This document shows positions 26,901 to 38,721 of a stretch of DNA of 64,000 nt, in pieces. How positions within the stretch are numbered: the first letter of the stretch is position 1; each line of letters starts with the position of its first letter. Made by a program: the position numbers and the translations under genes. Origin of the DNA: Peribolospora baueri (lineage: Eukaryota); assembly GCA_029717555.1 (NCBI GenBank), contig JAMDHS010000090.1:1-64000 (forward strand). Reading direction: 5' to 3'. Below the pieces are notes generated by a model, which had not been told where the DNA came from, made no database searches, and was given only the letters and a program-made list of their open reading frames with translations.

Positions 26901-27173
26901 GTCGGTCCTCTCGCCAGTGAGGTCCTCCACTTCGTCGCCTTCGTCCACGCCCCCGGCCCGGTCACCTTGCGGCCCTCCCATCGCGCCCTCAACGCCTTCG
27001 TTGCTGGCGCCCACCTCGAGGGTCTCCCTGGTAGCTTCACGGAAGCTGAACACGGAGCGAGAGGAGGAATGGGAGAGGGAAGGAGCGAGTGGGGAGAAGG
27101 CAGGAGAGGAGGCGGCGGCGGTCGACGCCCCCGTCCTCGTTTTTGCGGGGGACGATAATGGCGGCGGTTTCAT
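23904..27173 (-). CDS. MFS drug:H+ antiporter, DHA2 (14-TMS) family, multi-exon
   Basis: QDQTNLLP, LLCSLLDQTIVSTALPKIASAF, WVGTSYLVTST.FQPLYGRFSDIFGRK, RAIAGIGGGGI, VSLRERGKYQG, GPLLGGVLSE..WRW, RNFIRLLGGT. The 3' end could splice further. Confidence 0.9.
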
Positions 27174-27703
27174 GTTCGCATGCGTTGTCTGCCTCTCATG
27201 TGCTCCCAAGAGAAGCGAAAGACGGACGAGCGATCGTCGAACGAGGGAGGGAAGAAAGGGTTTGCTGATCAAGCGGAGACAGGACGTTACGCATGTCGAT
27301 GGTGTCGCCTGTAGATATACACACTCTCTCTCCCCTTTTCCGACCTCACTCCCCTCCTTCCTCTCTCTGTCGCCCCCATCTCATCTGATCTGATCATCTC
27401 TGCCTTTCGCTCTACCCGATCCGCTCGGGTAAAAAGTAGCTTTTTAGCCGCCGCAGTCGCTTTCAGTGCCGAGGTGCCCGCTTGCCGAGCTCGGAGTTGG
27501 TCGGATTTGGTCGGATTTGGTCGGCCTTCGTCGGCACGTCGGCACGTCGGGCGATCGTCGGACGACCGAGCCGATCGCCCTCGGCCACCTCTCGCCCGTC
27601 TATGCCCGCTCGTCTCCGCAAGCATGAGCTCGTGCACGCGATCGCAGCCGTCCGGAACGAGCGACTCGCTGCCTCGCCGGACCTTCATCCTCCACGGGCA
27701 GCC

Positions 27704-30627
27704 ATGGCGGACAGGACAACACACACGCACTCCCGTCAAGCTGCTGCGAGCTATAAGAAGAAAACCGGAGTTCTTCTTCTTGATGGGGCCACTGCAAAGC
27801 TCACCTGGACCGAGACTGGGCAGGAGAAGCCGACAGTAGTGGTGCCATATAGGAGCGTCGCCGGTGAGCGGGAGAGAGGAAAAACGAGATGTTTTGGGAG
27901 CTGCGTGAGAGGCAGCTTTAAGGAAAAGTAGATTGGAGCAACTAATGGCCTTTGCCTTCAACCCCTCTGCCATCCGCCACCCCGCCAGCACTGTTCGTCT
28001 CCAAAGACGGAGCGCCGCAATCCAAGTTGCGAGTGTCGATCACCGACGCTGCGGGAAACAAAGACGACGTCAACTTCACCTTTACCAACGCCTCTTCCGC
28101 CGTCTCAGATAAGGAGCAATTCAAAGCCGACCTCACGCAGATTGTCGCCTCCAATCGCGCCGCCGAGGCAGCTAACAAGGCCGATGTCCCTCCCAGCGGG
28201 GCCGGCACTCCGGTCTCCGGCGCAAGAACCGCAGAGACGCCCAGGCCGACTGCGAGCGCAGGCGTCACTGGTGCGGGCGCGACACCGGCGCTGACGTCCA
28301 CAACCACTTCGGCCAGAGACACTCCAGAGGCGGGAAGATCCGGTGTGGACAACAGACACCTCAAGCGCAAGCTCTTGAAGGAGAACAAGGAGCTCGGGGC
28401 GCTGTTCAAAGAGCTTGTCATGGGCAAGCAGATCACAGAGGCCGAGTTTTGGGAGGGTAGGGAGGTGCGTTGACGTATTTTTTTCGTTCTTGCATGGTCA
28501 CCCGGCTGGATCTACGGGCAAAGTCTCACTGAGTCATTTCCACCTCGGCAGAATCTCATCCGCGCTGAGCTCGTCCAAGAGTCCCAGAAGAAAGGTCGCT
28601 CCGCTCAGCTGGTCGATCCGCAGATCACAACGGCGGAGAACGGCGAAGTGAGACTCAAGATCACGCCTCAGCTCGTGCACGACATATTCGAACAGTATCC
28701 GAACGTGCAGAGGGCATATGATGAAAACGTTCCCAACGAGGTGGATGTCCGATCTCTTCTTTTGGATCTCGGCATAGGCGCGCACATCTGCACATGCTTC
28801 TCTTTGCACCTGCTGACCAACCCCACATACCTGCCTTCTTCAGCTCTCGGAAGAAGAGTTCTGGCAACGCTACTTTCGTTCCAAGCTGTTCAACCGAAAT
28901 CGCACTTCTGTTCGTGCGGCCGCCTCGCACCACATCATTCGGGATGACCCTATCTTCGACCGATACCTGGAGGCCGAGGATGACGGTCAGTGTTGCGCAT
29001 CTTTTAGGTCACCGACGCGTTAGGAACGGCGTCATGCTCACGGTCCTTCACGCTTCTTCCTGGACTTCAGAGCTGGAGCCCAGACACGCCGTCGGCGAGA
29101 CGCACGACCGGCTCCTCGATCTTGGTGCAACAGAAGAGGACCACCAAGAGGTCAGCCATATCTCCCTTCATAACGCACGTCACGTCTTGTACCGAAGCCC
29201 TGACTTGCTGGATGGCATGATTGGCTGAACAGCACCATCTTCCCCCGCTGACGACCTTCCGACATCGAACAGACCGGAAACCGCAGAGACTGGACGATGC
29301 AGGCAGGAGGACAGCGAAAGACGCTGCCGTTGATGAGAAGATTCAACGACCATTCGGCCAGATTGCTCGATTCGGCCTTGTGAGTCGAAGCAGAATTGCC
29401 TCTGCCGGCATTGAGACAGAGAGTTGATGTTTCGTCGACCCGTACGCTTCGATCTTCGTAGGGGGCAGTATGTGAAACGACGACGAGTGGACGACTGTGT
29501 GGACGGCCAAGTGGATCAGAACGACGTGAGTAGACCCGTCAGCCCGGTGGTCGGGCTTCTTGTCCTGTCCACCCTGTCCTGCCTCAATGACTTTCCCCAC
29601 GACTTCGTTCGCCAGCCGGCCGGCTACTACCCTTCGATCGTGATCGACGACCTGGAAGACTCGGTGCAGATTGACCGTATCCTGCTCGAGATGCGCGATC
29701 AGCAGCGGTATTTCGAGGGAGGCGCCGGGTCGAAGCAGGGCAGTAGAGGGAGGAGAGAGAGGTCCAAGGAGGTGCGTATACCCGACTGGATGGGTTGTCG
29801 TTCGGCTCCATCCTACATGCGATGAACCCCTTTCCTTCCTTTCCCGTTCGGATTGATCCCTCGCAGGAGGTCGAGCAGCTGCTGGAGAAGACGCAAGAAG
29901 AGTTCGTGCATTGGGAGTTGGACCTCGGCAACGTGAGTGCATGCCGGCCGTCGACCCCTGTGGACCGGAGCGTTGAAGCTTTGACGGGTTGATGGCTTCC
30001 TCCAGTTCCGACCTGCCGCTAAAGGTGTGGAGCAAGCGTGGAGGGAGATGCTCGTAAACGTCAAGATCAAGAGTCAGATGAAGAAGAGCAAAGGTGACTG
30101 GCAGAAAGGAAATAAAAAAGTTTTCGAAAAACGGTCGTCCAGTGCCATCCTCTTCTGACAACCACCTCATTTGCTTTCGTATGACTGAAACCGCAGACAC
30201 CCTCCCGGCGGATCTCCAACAACCACTCTCGACCTTCCACGCGACGACCACCGAGTTTCTTCGCCAGTACTGGTCCGCCACGCTCCCTCCAGAGCCAGAC
30301 CAGCTAATGACGCCGGCGAGCGCCGCTACGCCCAAGCAAAAGGACGCAAAAGCCAAGCGGATGATCGCCAGTTTGGAAAAGACGGGGGAGAGAAAGAGGG
30401 CGCTCCGTGAGGCTGCCGAGGGGATGGGCATCGCGGGGGAGAGGGTAGAGGAGGTGCGTGTCCTGATATTCGGTTCCTCGAATTGGCTGGCTGCGTTGAC
30501 GGGCGACCCCGGCTGACTCCCACCTCGCGTGCCTTACCTTGCCGCTCGCTCCCTCCAGGCGCTCGCTCCTACGATGGCTGCGGTCAAAAAGGCGATAGAC
30601 TTGTATTACTCCACTCACAAGCGATAG
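27704..30627 (+). CDS. TFB1: TFIIH core subunit p62 (PH + BSD domains)
   Basis: N-terminal PH-like region (ASYKKKTGVL...LTWT); BSD segments KRKLLKENKELGALFKELVMGKQITEAEFWEGRE and IFEQYPNVQRAYDENVP..LSEEEFWQRYFRSKLF; RTLPLMRRFNDHS; HATTTEFLRQYWSA. Confidence 0.9.
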
Positions 30628-31970
30628 CTGGCATAGCTGCCGTTCTGTACGTACTGTATTGCTCGTCGGCCTGCCTGGCTTTCACCCCGCCCAAATCCCT
30701 TTGTCAGGCTCACACGGACGCTGGCCGTGAACTTGGACCGCGCTGCGCTCCTCTGCTCGAGCAGCCTCCTCGGCATTTCTGCCTTTATTCTTATCCTCCT
30801 CTTCGTCCATGTCGGGCCAGGCTGGGCCGGCATGACGCTCTGCCTGCGAAACAGAGCGGTTCGGCGAGCGTTGGCACGCGGCGGGACTGGTGGTCTGTAC
30901 AAAACTGCAGTTGGCCCCGATGCAGAGTCTGTAAAACGAGAGCAATCTACGCCTCATAGAAGAATGCCCGTGAGGGGCGGTTATGTCGATCTTGTTGGGA
31001 ATCAGGCCAAGTTGGCCGCCGGGGAGGGGGTGGGCGGGCGGGCGGTGCAAGTCGAACTACACGCTGTCGCTGGCGTCAGTGAGCTAGCTTGAGCTTGACC
31101 GAGCGCGTCCTTACCCTTAATAACCCTTGAGTTTGACTCACAAACGGATGGCCGGCCGCGGGCGAACGAAGCGTCGCATGGCGCAGTTGGATCACCGGCG
31201 GCAAAGCGCGGCTGTGTTCATTGGCGTCGGAAAACCGGCTGTAATTTTTTATTAGCGACCGTTGCGAGCCGGCGGTGTCGCATATCGCACGGACCCCAAT
31301 CCGCCGCGGCCGGCGTCGCGGTATTGGAACGGTGCGTGCGGCTACGACTGGCGATGTAGGGCCGTTGTCTCGCTGCCTTGATCAATAGAAGACGTGGTGC
31401 GCTAATTCAGCGGTAGCTTGGTCAAGCGACGCTTGCAAGGCGCACTCTCTGCAAAGGAGATCGCAACGCTGGGATGCGGTGATGGTGAGGAAGGGAGGAA
31501 GAGGATGGTGGACAGGAGGGGTCCCACAGCGCGGCCTGCCGCAGTAGATGCACAGACCGGCGGCAGCTTTATTTCGCCTCGTCAGTGCGGACGTCGACGA
31601 TCGAAGCGCTGATGGATTCTATTCCTTCTTGGCAGCCCTGGGCCGAACTCACCGCCACATCGCAATGTCGAACACTCGGGCAGTCTATTTCCGTGCTTGT
31701 ACGGGTACAGCGCAGCGCGCGCACGCAGATGTGCAAGGTTGCCTTTTCCTTTCGCCCCCCTTCGCTGCTAACGCTCACGTCCCCTCTCTGCTCACCTTCA
31801 CGTCCTTCTCTTCGTATCCCAGACGACCAGTCTCTTATCACTTTTATTTTCTTGCTTTTCGTTCTGCTTTGCCCTTCGACCTTTCCGTGCTGGACGTGAA
31901 CGTCCCCGGTCGTCCCCGCTGACGCACGCAGACCTGCACCCACAGTCTCCGATCCCGAACGTCGGCTGTC

Positions 31971-33954
31971 ATGGCCATCTTCTCCAGCTATGCTCCCGTG
32001 CGATCAACTGAGGATCTGGACGCGGTACCGCTGTCTGTCGCCGACGAGGAGGCGCTCCCTCCCTCTCGTCGCCAGCCGTTCTACAAGACCTTGGGCCGCC
32101 GATCTCGCACCCTTTGGATCCCCATCGCCCTCTTCCTCATCGCCCTCGTTCTCTTCTTCGCCTTCGTCGGAGGCCGGCACGAGCAAGTTTGGAAATATGC
32201 CGGCAAGTTCAAACCCGCTTCTTGGACCCATCATCTCCCGTTTCCGAGCCATTCGACCTCGTCGGCCACCGCCGGCGGGAGGACAAACTTGTCGTACTGG
32301 GCACCGTTCAATGAAAACGATCTCACCTTCACCGAGGACGAGTGCGACGCCTTCTTCCCCGGCCTCTGGAAGGACATCGATCGAAGCGTAGACTATTACA
32401 CTAAGAACCCGTGAGTTCCTAGGACGTATCACAGGACGCTAGCTGGTTATGGTCGTAAATTGGAGAGGGTGGGCCTAGCAAATGAAAGAGCCGAACTCGA
32501 ATCGTACTCCCTTGACCCCATTCCGCTCTACAGCTTCACTCGGGAGTACCTGGACAAATCTTGCGACGATCCCGATTGGACGCACGCCCGCGTCGTCATC
32601 CATAACAACACCGTCTACCTCAAATACTACAAGCCGTCCGATTTCACCCGCTCCCAAGCCGCCCTCGCCTTCCTCTACCTCTCCGTCATGACCTCGCGCG
32701 AGCGATTGCCCGACGTCGAGTTCTGCATGGGCCTCCAGGATTGGGGACGCAACGGCAAGTTTGGATTGGACCGCGAGTCCGATCAGCAGGACGTTTGGCT
32801 CATGCCCGATTACGCCTGGTTCTCCTGGCCCGAGGTGAGCCGAGAAAGCGATGGAGGAGCCGCAGACGATGGCGGTCCGTTTCTTCGCGCTCCGCTCGGC
32901 TCCGCTCGTCGTCAACCTGACCACCACGAGGGCTGTTTCTTCTTTTTAAACGCCAGCACGTCGGCTCGTACACACAACTCCGAGAAAATATGCAGCGTGT
33001 CGAAGACGAGGTCGGCTGGAAGGGAAAGCACAATCAGCTCCTGTGGCGCGGCTCCATGGCCGTGGGCACCGCCGACCGAGATGCGCTCGTCGCCGCCGCG
33101 CACGGATACGAATGGGACAATGTCCAAGGAATAGACTGGGGCTGTGAGTGACGAAGCCCAGATGTCACGCCGTTCGGTTCGCGTCGCGGTGTGTTGAGAC
33201 GACGCGTTCTGACAGACGTCACGTCGGCTTTCGCGCCCTCGGCGGCCTTTTTTTCTTTTCTGACAGCTCCTGTCAACACCATTTCGATGGAAGACCACTG
33301 CAGATGGAAGTTCCACGCCGTCCCCGACGGCAACACCTACACCGGCCGCTTGCGATACCTTCAAAACTGCCACTCCGTCATCATCACCCATGAGCCTCGC
33401 TGGATCGAGCACTTTACCCATCTCTTCAACGCAGACTGGGACAGCCCAGAGCAGAACATTGTCCTTTTGCCAAAGACTTGGGGTAATCCCTGGGAGCACC
33501 TACCGGAGGTGATGGATGTTCTGTTGAAGAACGACGACAAGGCGAAGAGTATCGCGGACAACCAGTGGAACTTTTTCCGCAAGCGGTGAGAAAGCTATCC
33601 CCTTTCGTTCCATCCCCCGCCGTTTGTCGCCTTGGCCTCGAGAGCTGGGACGCTTCGCTGACGTGCGCTCGCTCGTGCGTCTCAGCTACATCACGCCGGC
33701 GAGCGGCACGTGCTATTGGAGAAAGGTGATCAATGGATTTGCAAAGGTGAGTGTGTTGGAATCCACCCCAGCGGAGCGCCGGAAGTGCCGACTCGATCGG
33801 CGTGAGCCCATGAGAGCGAACTCGGCTGACTGACTCGCGTCGCCCTCCCTGCTCGTCGGTCTCGCAGGTACAGCGATACGACGTCGCGCTCGACGGAAGC
33901 GAGACGAGTTATGAGAGCTTCTTGCTGATGGGAATGAGGGGGAACCACCATTGA
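31971..33954 (+). CDS. Glycosyltransferase family 90 (CAP10/DUF821-type), type II membrane protein
   Basis: N-terminal TM LWIPIALFLIALVLFFAFV; ECDAFFPGL, LPDVEF, WLMPDYAWFSWPE, LLWRG, MEDHCRWKF...GNTYTGRLRYLQNCHSVII, YITPA...CYWR. Confidence 0.88.
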
Positions 33955-34451
33955 CGGAGCCTGCCTCTTCCTTTGAGACGTCCGTTGCCGGCCGTCCTTC
34001 CGCGCCGGCAAGCATCAACGTCGAACAATTTCACCCTATTCTACACTTTTCTTCCTTCGTATACGCAGCGTCGTCCGATCCTTTTCTTTTATCTCACGCT
34101 CAACGCTCCCCATCTTTGCCACATTTCTACGTAAGCGTCCGATCTTCTCGTCGCGCTGTCCTCGTGTATTGTACTCCAGTGTGCGTCATGCTCGCCATCC
34201 ATTCTTCCGTCATCGTAAGGCTCATCCATGTACTGTGAATGGACGGACGCGGAGCTTGAGCCACTCAAAAGGGAAAGGGAAAGGGACGACGCCGTTCACC
34301 GCTGTAGCAAACAAGGAAAGCCCTTCGCTCTTCCTCCTTTCCGCAATCTCATCTTCAGGGCAGAGCGCTCGAGCGCGAGTAAGTGTACAAACACCGACTG
34401 CATGTATCGTACATAGCGCACCACACCGTTCCGATCGCACCCTCAACGTAA

Positions 34452-36477
34452 TCATAAGGCCTCCACCAAAGGCCCCCTGCTCGTCAAGGGCAAACTCCCA
34501 GACGATTCGCGCGGCTGGACGATCGTTGACCGCAGCGGCGCTGCCGTGGGCGGTCCCTCTCCCACCCCCGCCGTAGCGCTCGCCTCTAACCGTGCAGACT
34601 CGCGCTCCAGCTCCTCGGTGAGTTGGGTCAACCTACCCGGAGAGAGCGACAAGACGTGCTGGGCGTAGAAGAGGAGCTTATGCACCGCCGGTGTCATGCG
34701 CGGTGGTGGCGTCGACTCCGCTGCGAGGTGGACATGCTCAGATTCTCCTTCGGTCGCTGCTTCTGATGGCGATGTTGCCGTCGGCTGTCGTGATGAAGAC
34801 GAGAAGAGAAGCAAGATATCTGAAAAAGCCCGCATCGCTGTTTGCCGCTCCAGCCACCCGCTTTCGAGGCGTCGCTCGCTTTCGGAGGGCAAAACAACCA
34901 CGCTAGACGGGCGAAGGAGACGGAGTGCATCTCGCAGGAGAAGGGACAAAAGCGCGTCCGGCTTGAGCGAAGGAAACGACGAGAAGAGAAGAGAAGGTTG
35001 ATGAGCAAATTGACGTAAAATGCCACGGCGAACCGTGATGGGCAATCGATTGGGCCACCACCTACCTGCTCGATGGTTCCACGGTTTTCAGACTCGAGGC
35101 GAGTCAGCAGAGTGACGTACGCCTCTTCCAGGCCGGCATACACCGTCCTGCTCTCGTCTGCCGTATCTTCGTTTTGCCGTCCGGAACTTCTTTTCTCTGA
35201 TGCCGTGGGCTGGGATTTGGCGACGAGGAAGGGGACTAGCTTAGAAAAGAGATGCTTGGCGAAGCGGCGGTCTTGATCGTTTTCCGTTGCTGATGGCGGC
35301 GTAAAGACGGCTTGCGTGTTTGTGAGCGTGCGCAAAGGTGAGGAATCACTCAGCAGAGAGGTGAATGATGAGAGAGTGAGATGTCGTAAAATGTACGCAT
35401 AAGCCATGCTGACGACAAAGAGGCGACAACAGTACTCGGTAAACGAGTCAGCTCGACAGTCAAGAAGACAGCGAAGCTTGCCGATGAGGAGTGAGACGCC
35501 TTACAATACAGCAACGATGTTGTAGGTCAGATCTCGTCCCTTCCCTTTGTCCTTCGCTCCATGCCCATCACCGGCACGGCTCGCAGACTGGAGCGACGTG
35601 AGCTGCTCGATCATCCAGGCGTTCAGGGGAACTTCTGGATCGGTCGCCTGAGACGGCTCCGCCTCTTCCCACCAAGGACGTACAGCTCCGTCGACGTCCA
35701 AGTGCGGTAGAGGCTCTTCCAGGTCTCCTTGCTCAACCCCACCTTGGGATTTCCGGAAGGCGAGCATGTCCTGAAGGAGATGTTGCGCTTCCTCTCTCCC
35801 ATGTCGCTCTTCCATCTCGAGGTCTCGAAGCAGAGCCTGCGCTTTCGCCGGGTCAGAGAGGGATTGTTCAAAGTACTCGCGTTCGGAAGGTGTGAGGAGG
35901 TCGAGCAGATATTTGGCGTCAGACGAGGACTCGGCTGTGATACGAGAAGGACAAAGAGGCAAGGTTCAGTGGGTTTCCGGAATGTACCTCTGTGCCACAA
36001 CCTGCACTCACCGGCTCTGAGCTGTTCATCCACTTCTCCTTCCTCTTCAAAACCCTCTTCTTCAGCAAGCTGAGCGGCCTCGAAGCGCTTAAGCATCTCC
36101 ATCATCCGCTTCCTCTCCTCTGGGTCCGCTGACCTCTGCTCCGGGCCGAGCTCCGATCTTAAGGTGCGAGAGGCGAAAGTCTGTGTGCACGCCTGATGTT
36201 CGTCGGAGCGAAAGCAGGCGAGGGAGCAGTAGGGTGCGTTGCATGTCGGGCAGGTGTAGCGAGAAAACTGGCGTTTGCAGCTGCGAAATCGGTGTCAAGG
36301 GGAGTGAACGTCGGAGTCGTTGAGCCATGCTCGCTCGGTCGCTTGGTCTCCGGCGATGCTCGCTTTCTTGGCTACTCACAAAGCACACACTCGCGATGGC
36401 CCAGCAACGGATGGGGAAGATTGCTCCTCCTTTGCGCCTGCTCGGCCAATATCCATAAGTTCTGTGAGGCTGGGCAT
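34452..36477 (-). CDS. HIT-type zinc finger protein (ZNHIT2-like)
   Basis: Spliced N-terminus VCAFCKRQFSRYTCPTCNAPYCSLACFRSDEHQACTQTF, then EERKRMMEMLKRFE, LLTPSEREYF, LTYNIVAVL.AYAYILRH, HKLLFY. Confidence 0.85.
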
Positions 36478-36851
36478 GCTGGGCTCAGGCTAGCTGCGAG
36501 AGCATTCTAATCGGGACAGGGGAGGAGGGAAGGACGGAACGAAGAATGAAATGAGCTCATTGCAAGATCACCGATCATGGGCGTCGGATATGAGCGCGGA
36601 TAAGCGGATTGTCAATCCATTTTTCAGCAGCCAAGTCTGATCCCGAAGCTTCCAGACGACGAGGACAAGCAAGACCACCAACGGGTGAGCGAGAGAATGC
36701 TTTCCTGTCCTGCGCGAGACGGCTGGGAACATCGCCCGCGTCTTATGACCTCGCCCTGACCTTTCCTCCTCGTGTCTCGTCTTCCCTCGCCCTCAGCTCG
36801 AACCCGATCCGACCGACTGACCAGCCAAGCCACAACTTGCAACCGGGGGCC

Positions 36852-38721
36852 ATGCACTCCCCTCGCCACTCGCATGCCGCCATTCGAGCGCTCGCCTCAG
36901 CTCCTCGACCATCATGCACCAGGGCAGCAACACAGCATGCTCAGCCGTGCCCTGCCGCCCGCCAGTTCCATGGAGGGCCGCCGCGGGGCAGCGCTCCCGG
37001 CGAGGCGTGGCGGTGCGGCATGGCGAACCCTGCGTCCGGCATTCCCAACCGCAGACCGGAGAGGACTTGGACCGGGTACTGGCAGCAGAAGGTGGGTATC
37101 TAGCGAGGCTGGTATATTAGATATCTGACTGTTGGTTGATTCTTCGGGGCCGTTCGGTTGGCGCTTTCCACTTTGCCAGAGGGCAGTGCACTCGTCCTCG
37201 TCATCGCATGCTGAGCACAAAGATCCTTACAAAGTGCTAGGCGTGCCGAAGGATGCGAAGCAAAGCGACATCAAGAAGGCTTACTACCAGGTGAGCGGAT
37301 TCGCTCGTGGGTTCCAGATTGTGCTGTTCGTGCTGATCAAGCCTCTCGAATCGCGCGCGTACGCTTTCCCGCCATTCTCAGCTTGCAAAGAAGTATCATC
37401 CCGACACAAACAAGGAGAAAGGCGCACAGGAGAAGTTTGTTGAGATTCAGGCCGCTTATGACGTGAGTGCCGTCCCATCAGCTTGACTTGTGGAACTCGG
37501 GACTCACGTCGGTGTCCGTTCTCCCTCGCAGATCTTGAGCGACGAGTCGAAACGTAACGCGTATGATATGTACGGCTCCGCCTCTCAGCAGCCAGGCTTC
37601 GACCCCAACGCGGCCTATGGCGGCCGCGGCGGGCCGTTCGGAGCGGGTGGCTTTGGCGGCTTCCAGGACTTTGGCGGCTTCGCGAACGCGGGCAACGCGG
37701 GTTCCATCTTCGAGAACCTGTTCGGTGGCATGTTCGGAGGTATGGGCGCCGGTGCCGGGGCGGCCGGTGGGGCCGGATTCGGAGCGGGGGACTTTCGAGG
37801 GGAGGACATCGAGACGGCCGTCAACATCAGCTTCCTCGACGCCGCTCGAGGGGTGACAAAAAAGGTCACCATCGCCCCTATCGTACCCTGCACCTCCTGC
37901 CACGGAAGCGGGCTCAAGCCTAAGGCCAAGCCTATGACGTGCGAGGCGTGCAAGGGTACGGGCACAAGGACGTTCGTCATCCAGGGAGGCTTCCAGATGG
38001 CCAGCACTTGCCCCAGCTGCGGGGGCGCAGGGACGCAGGTCAAGCCGGAGGACAAGTGTACGAGCTGCGACGGCATCGGAAGGGTCAAGTCGCGCAAGAC
38101 GGTCGAGGTCAAAGTCCCAGCGGGTGAGAGAAGGGCTGTCATTCAATGCCGCCCTAGGTGACGTTATTTCTTTGTCTATTTGCATCGCTGAAATGCGATC
38201 TCTCCGTCGTCTCCCTTTTTCGCTTCTCACCAGGCGTGGACGACGGCATGAAGGTCCGCCTGGACGGGCAAGGCGACGCGCCGATCAGCGGCAACGGCCC
38301 TCCGGGCTCTCTGTATGTGCGGATCAACGTGCAGCCGTCGCGCCAATTCCGTCGACAAGGGTCCAATTTGTACCACGACACGACGATCCCGGTGCACATT
38401 GCCTTGCTGGGCGGCAAGGTGCGCGTGCCGACGCTGGACGGCGAGGTGGAGGTGCGGGTGCCGCAGGGGACGCAGGTGGGCGAGGAGATGGTGCTGCGGG
38501 GAAGAGGGATCAAGAGGTTGTACAAGGATGACAAGGGCGACTTGGTGGTCAAGCTCAACGTGCAGATCCCTAGGAGCCTCACGGCGCGCCAACGCGAGAT
38601 CTTGCAGCAGTACGCTGACGAGGTGGAGGGTCGGAAGAAGTCGTCGTCGTCGTCATCATCATCCTCTTCTTCCACGAACCCTTCTCCTTCTTCGGATCCG
38701 CCGCCATCTGAAAAGTCTTGA
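36852..38721 (+). CDS. MDJ1: Mitochondrial type I DnaJ/Hsp40 co-chaperone
   Basis: Arg/Ala-rich presequence, J domain (KDPYKVLGV...KKYHPD), G/F-rich region, four CxxCxGxG repeats, C-terminal DnaJ_C domain. Confidence 0.93.

Noticed and set aside
30630..31420. Possible small gene or ncRNA between TFB1 and the GT90 gene (splice-like signals, AATTTTTA Sm-like site, CCCTTAATAACCCTT)
   Set aside because: No coherent spliced ORF, and no snRNA or telomerase-template match could be built by eye.
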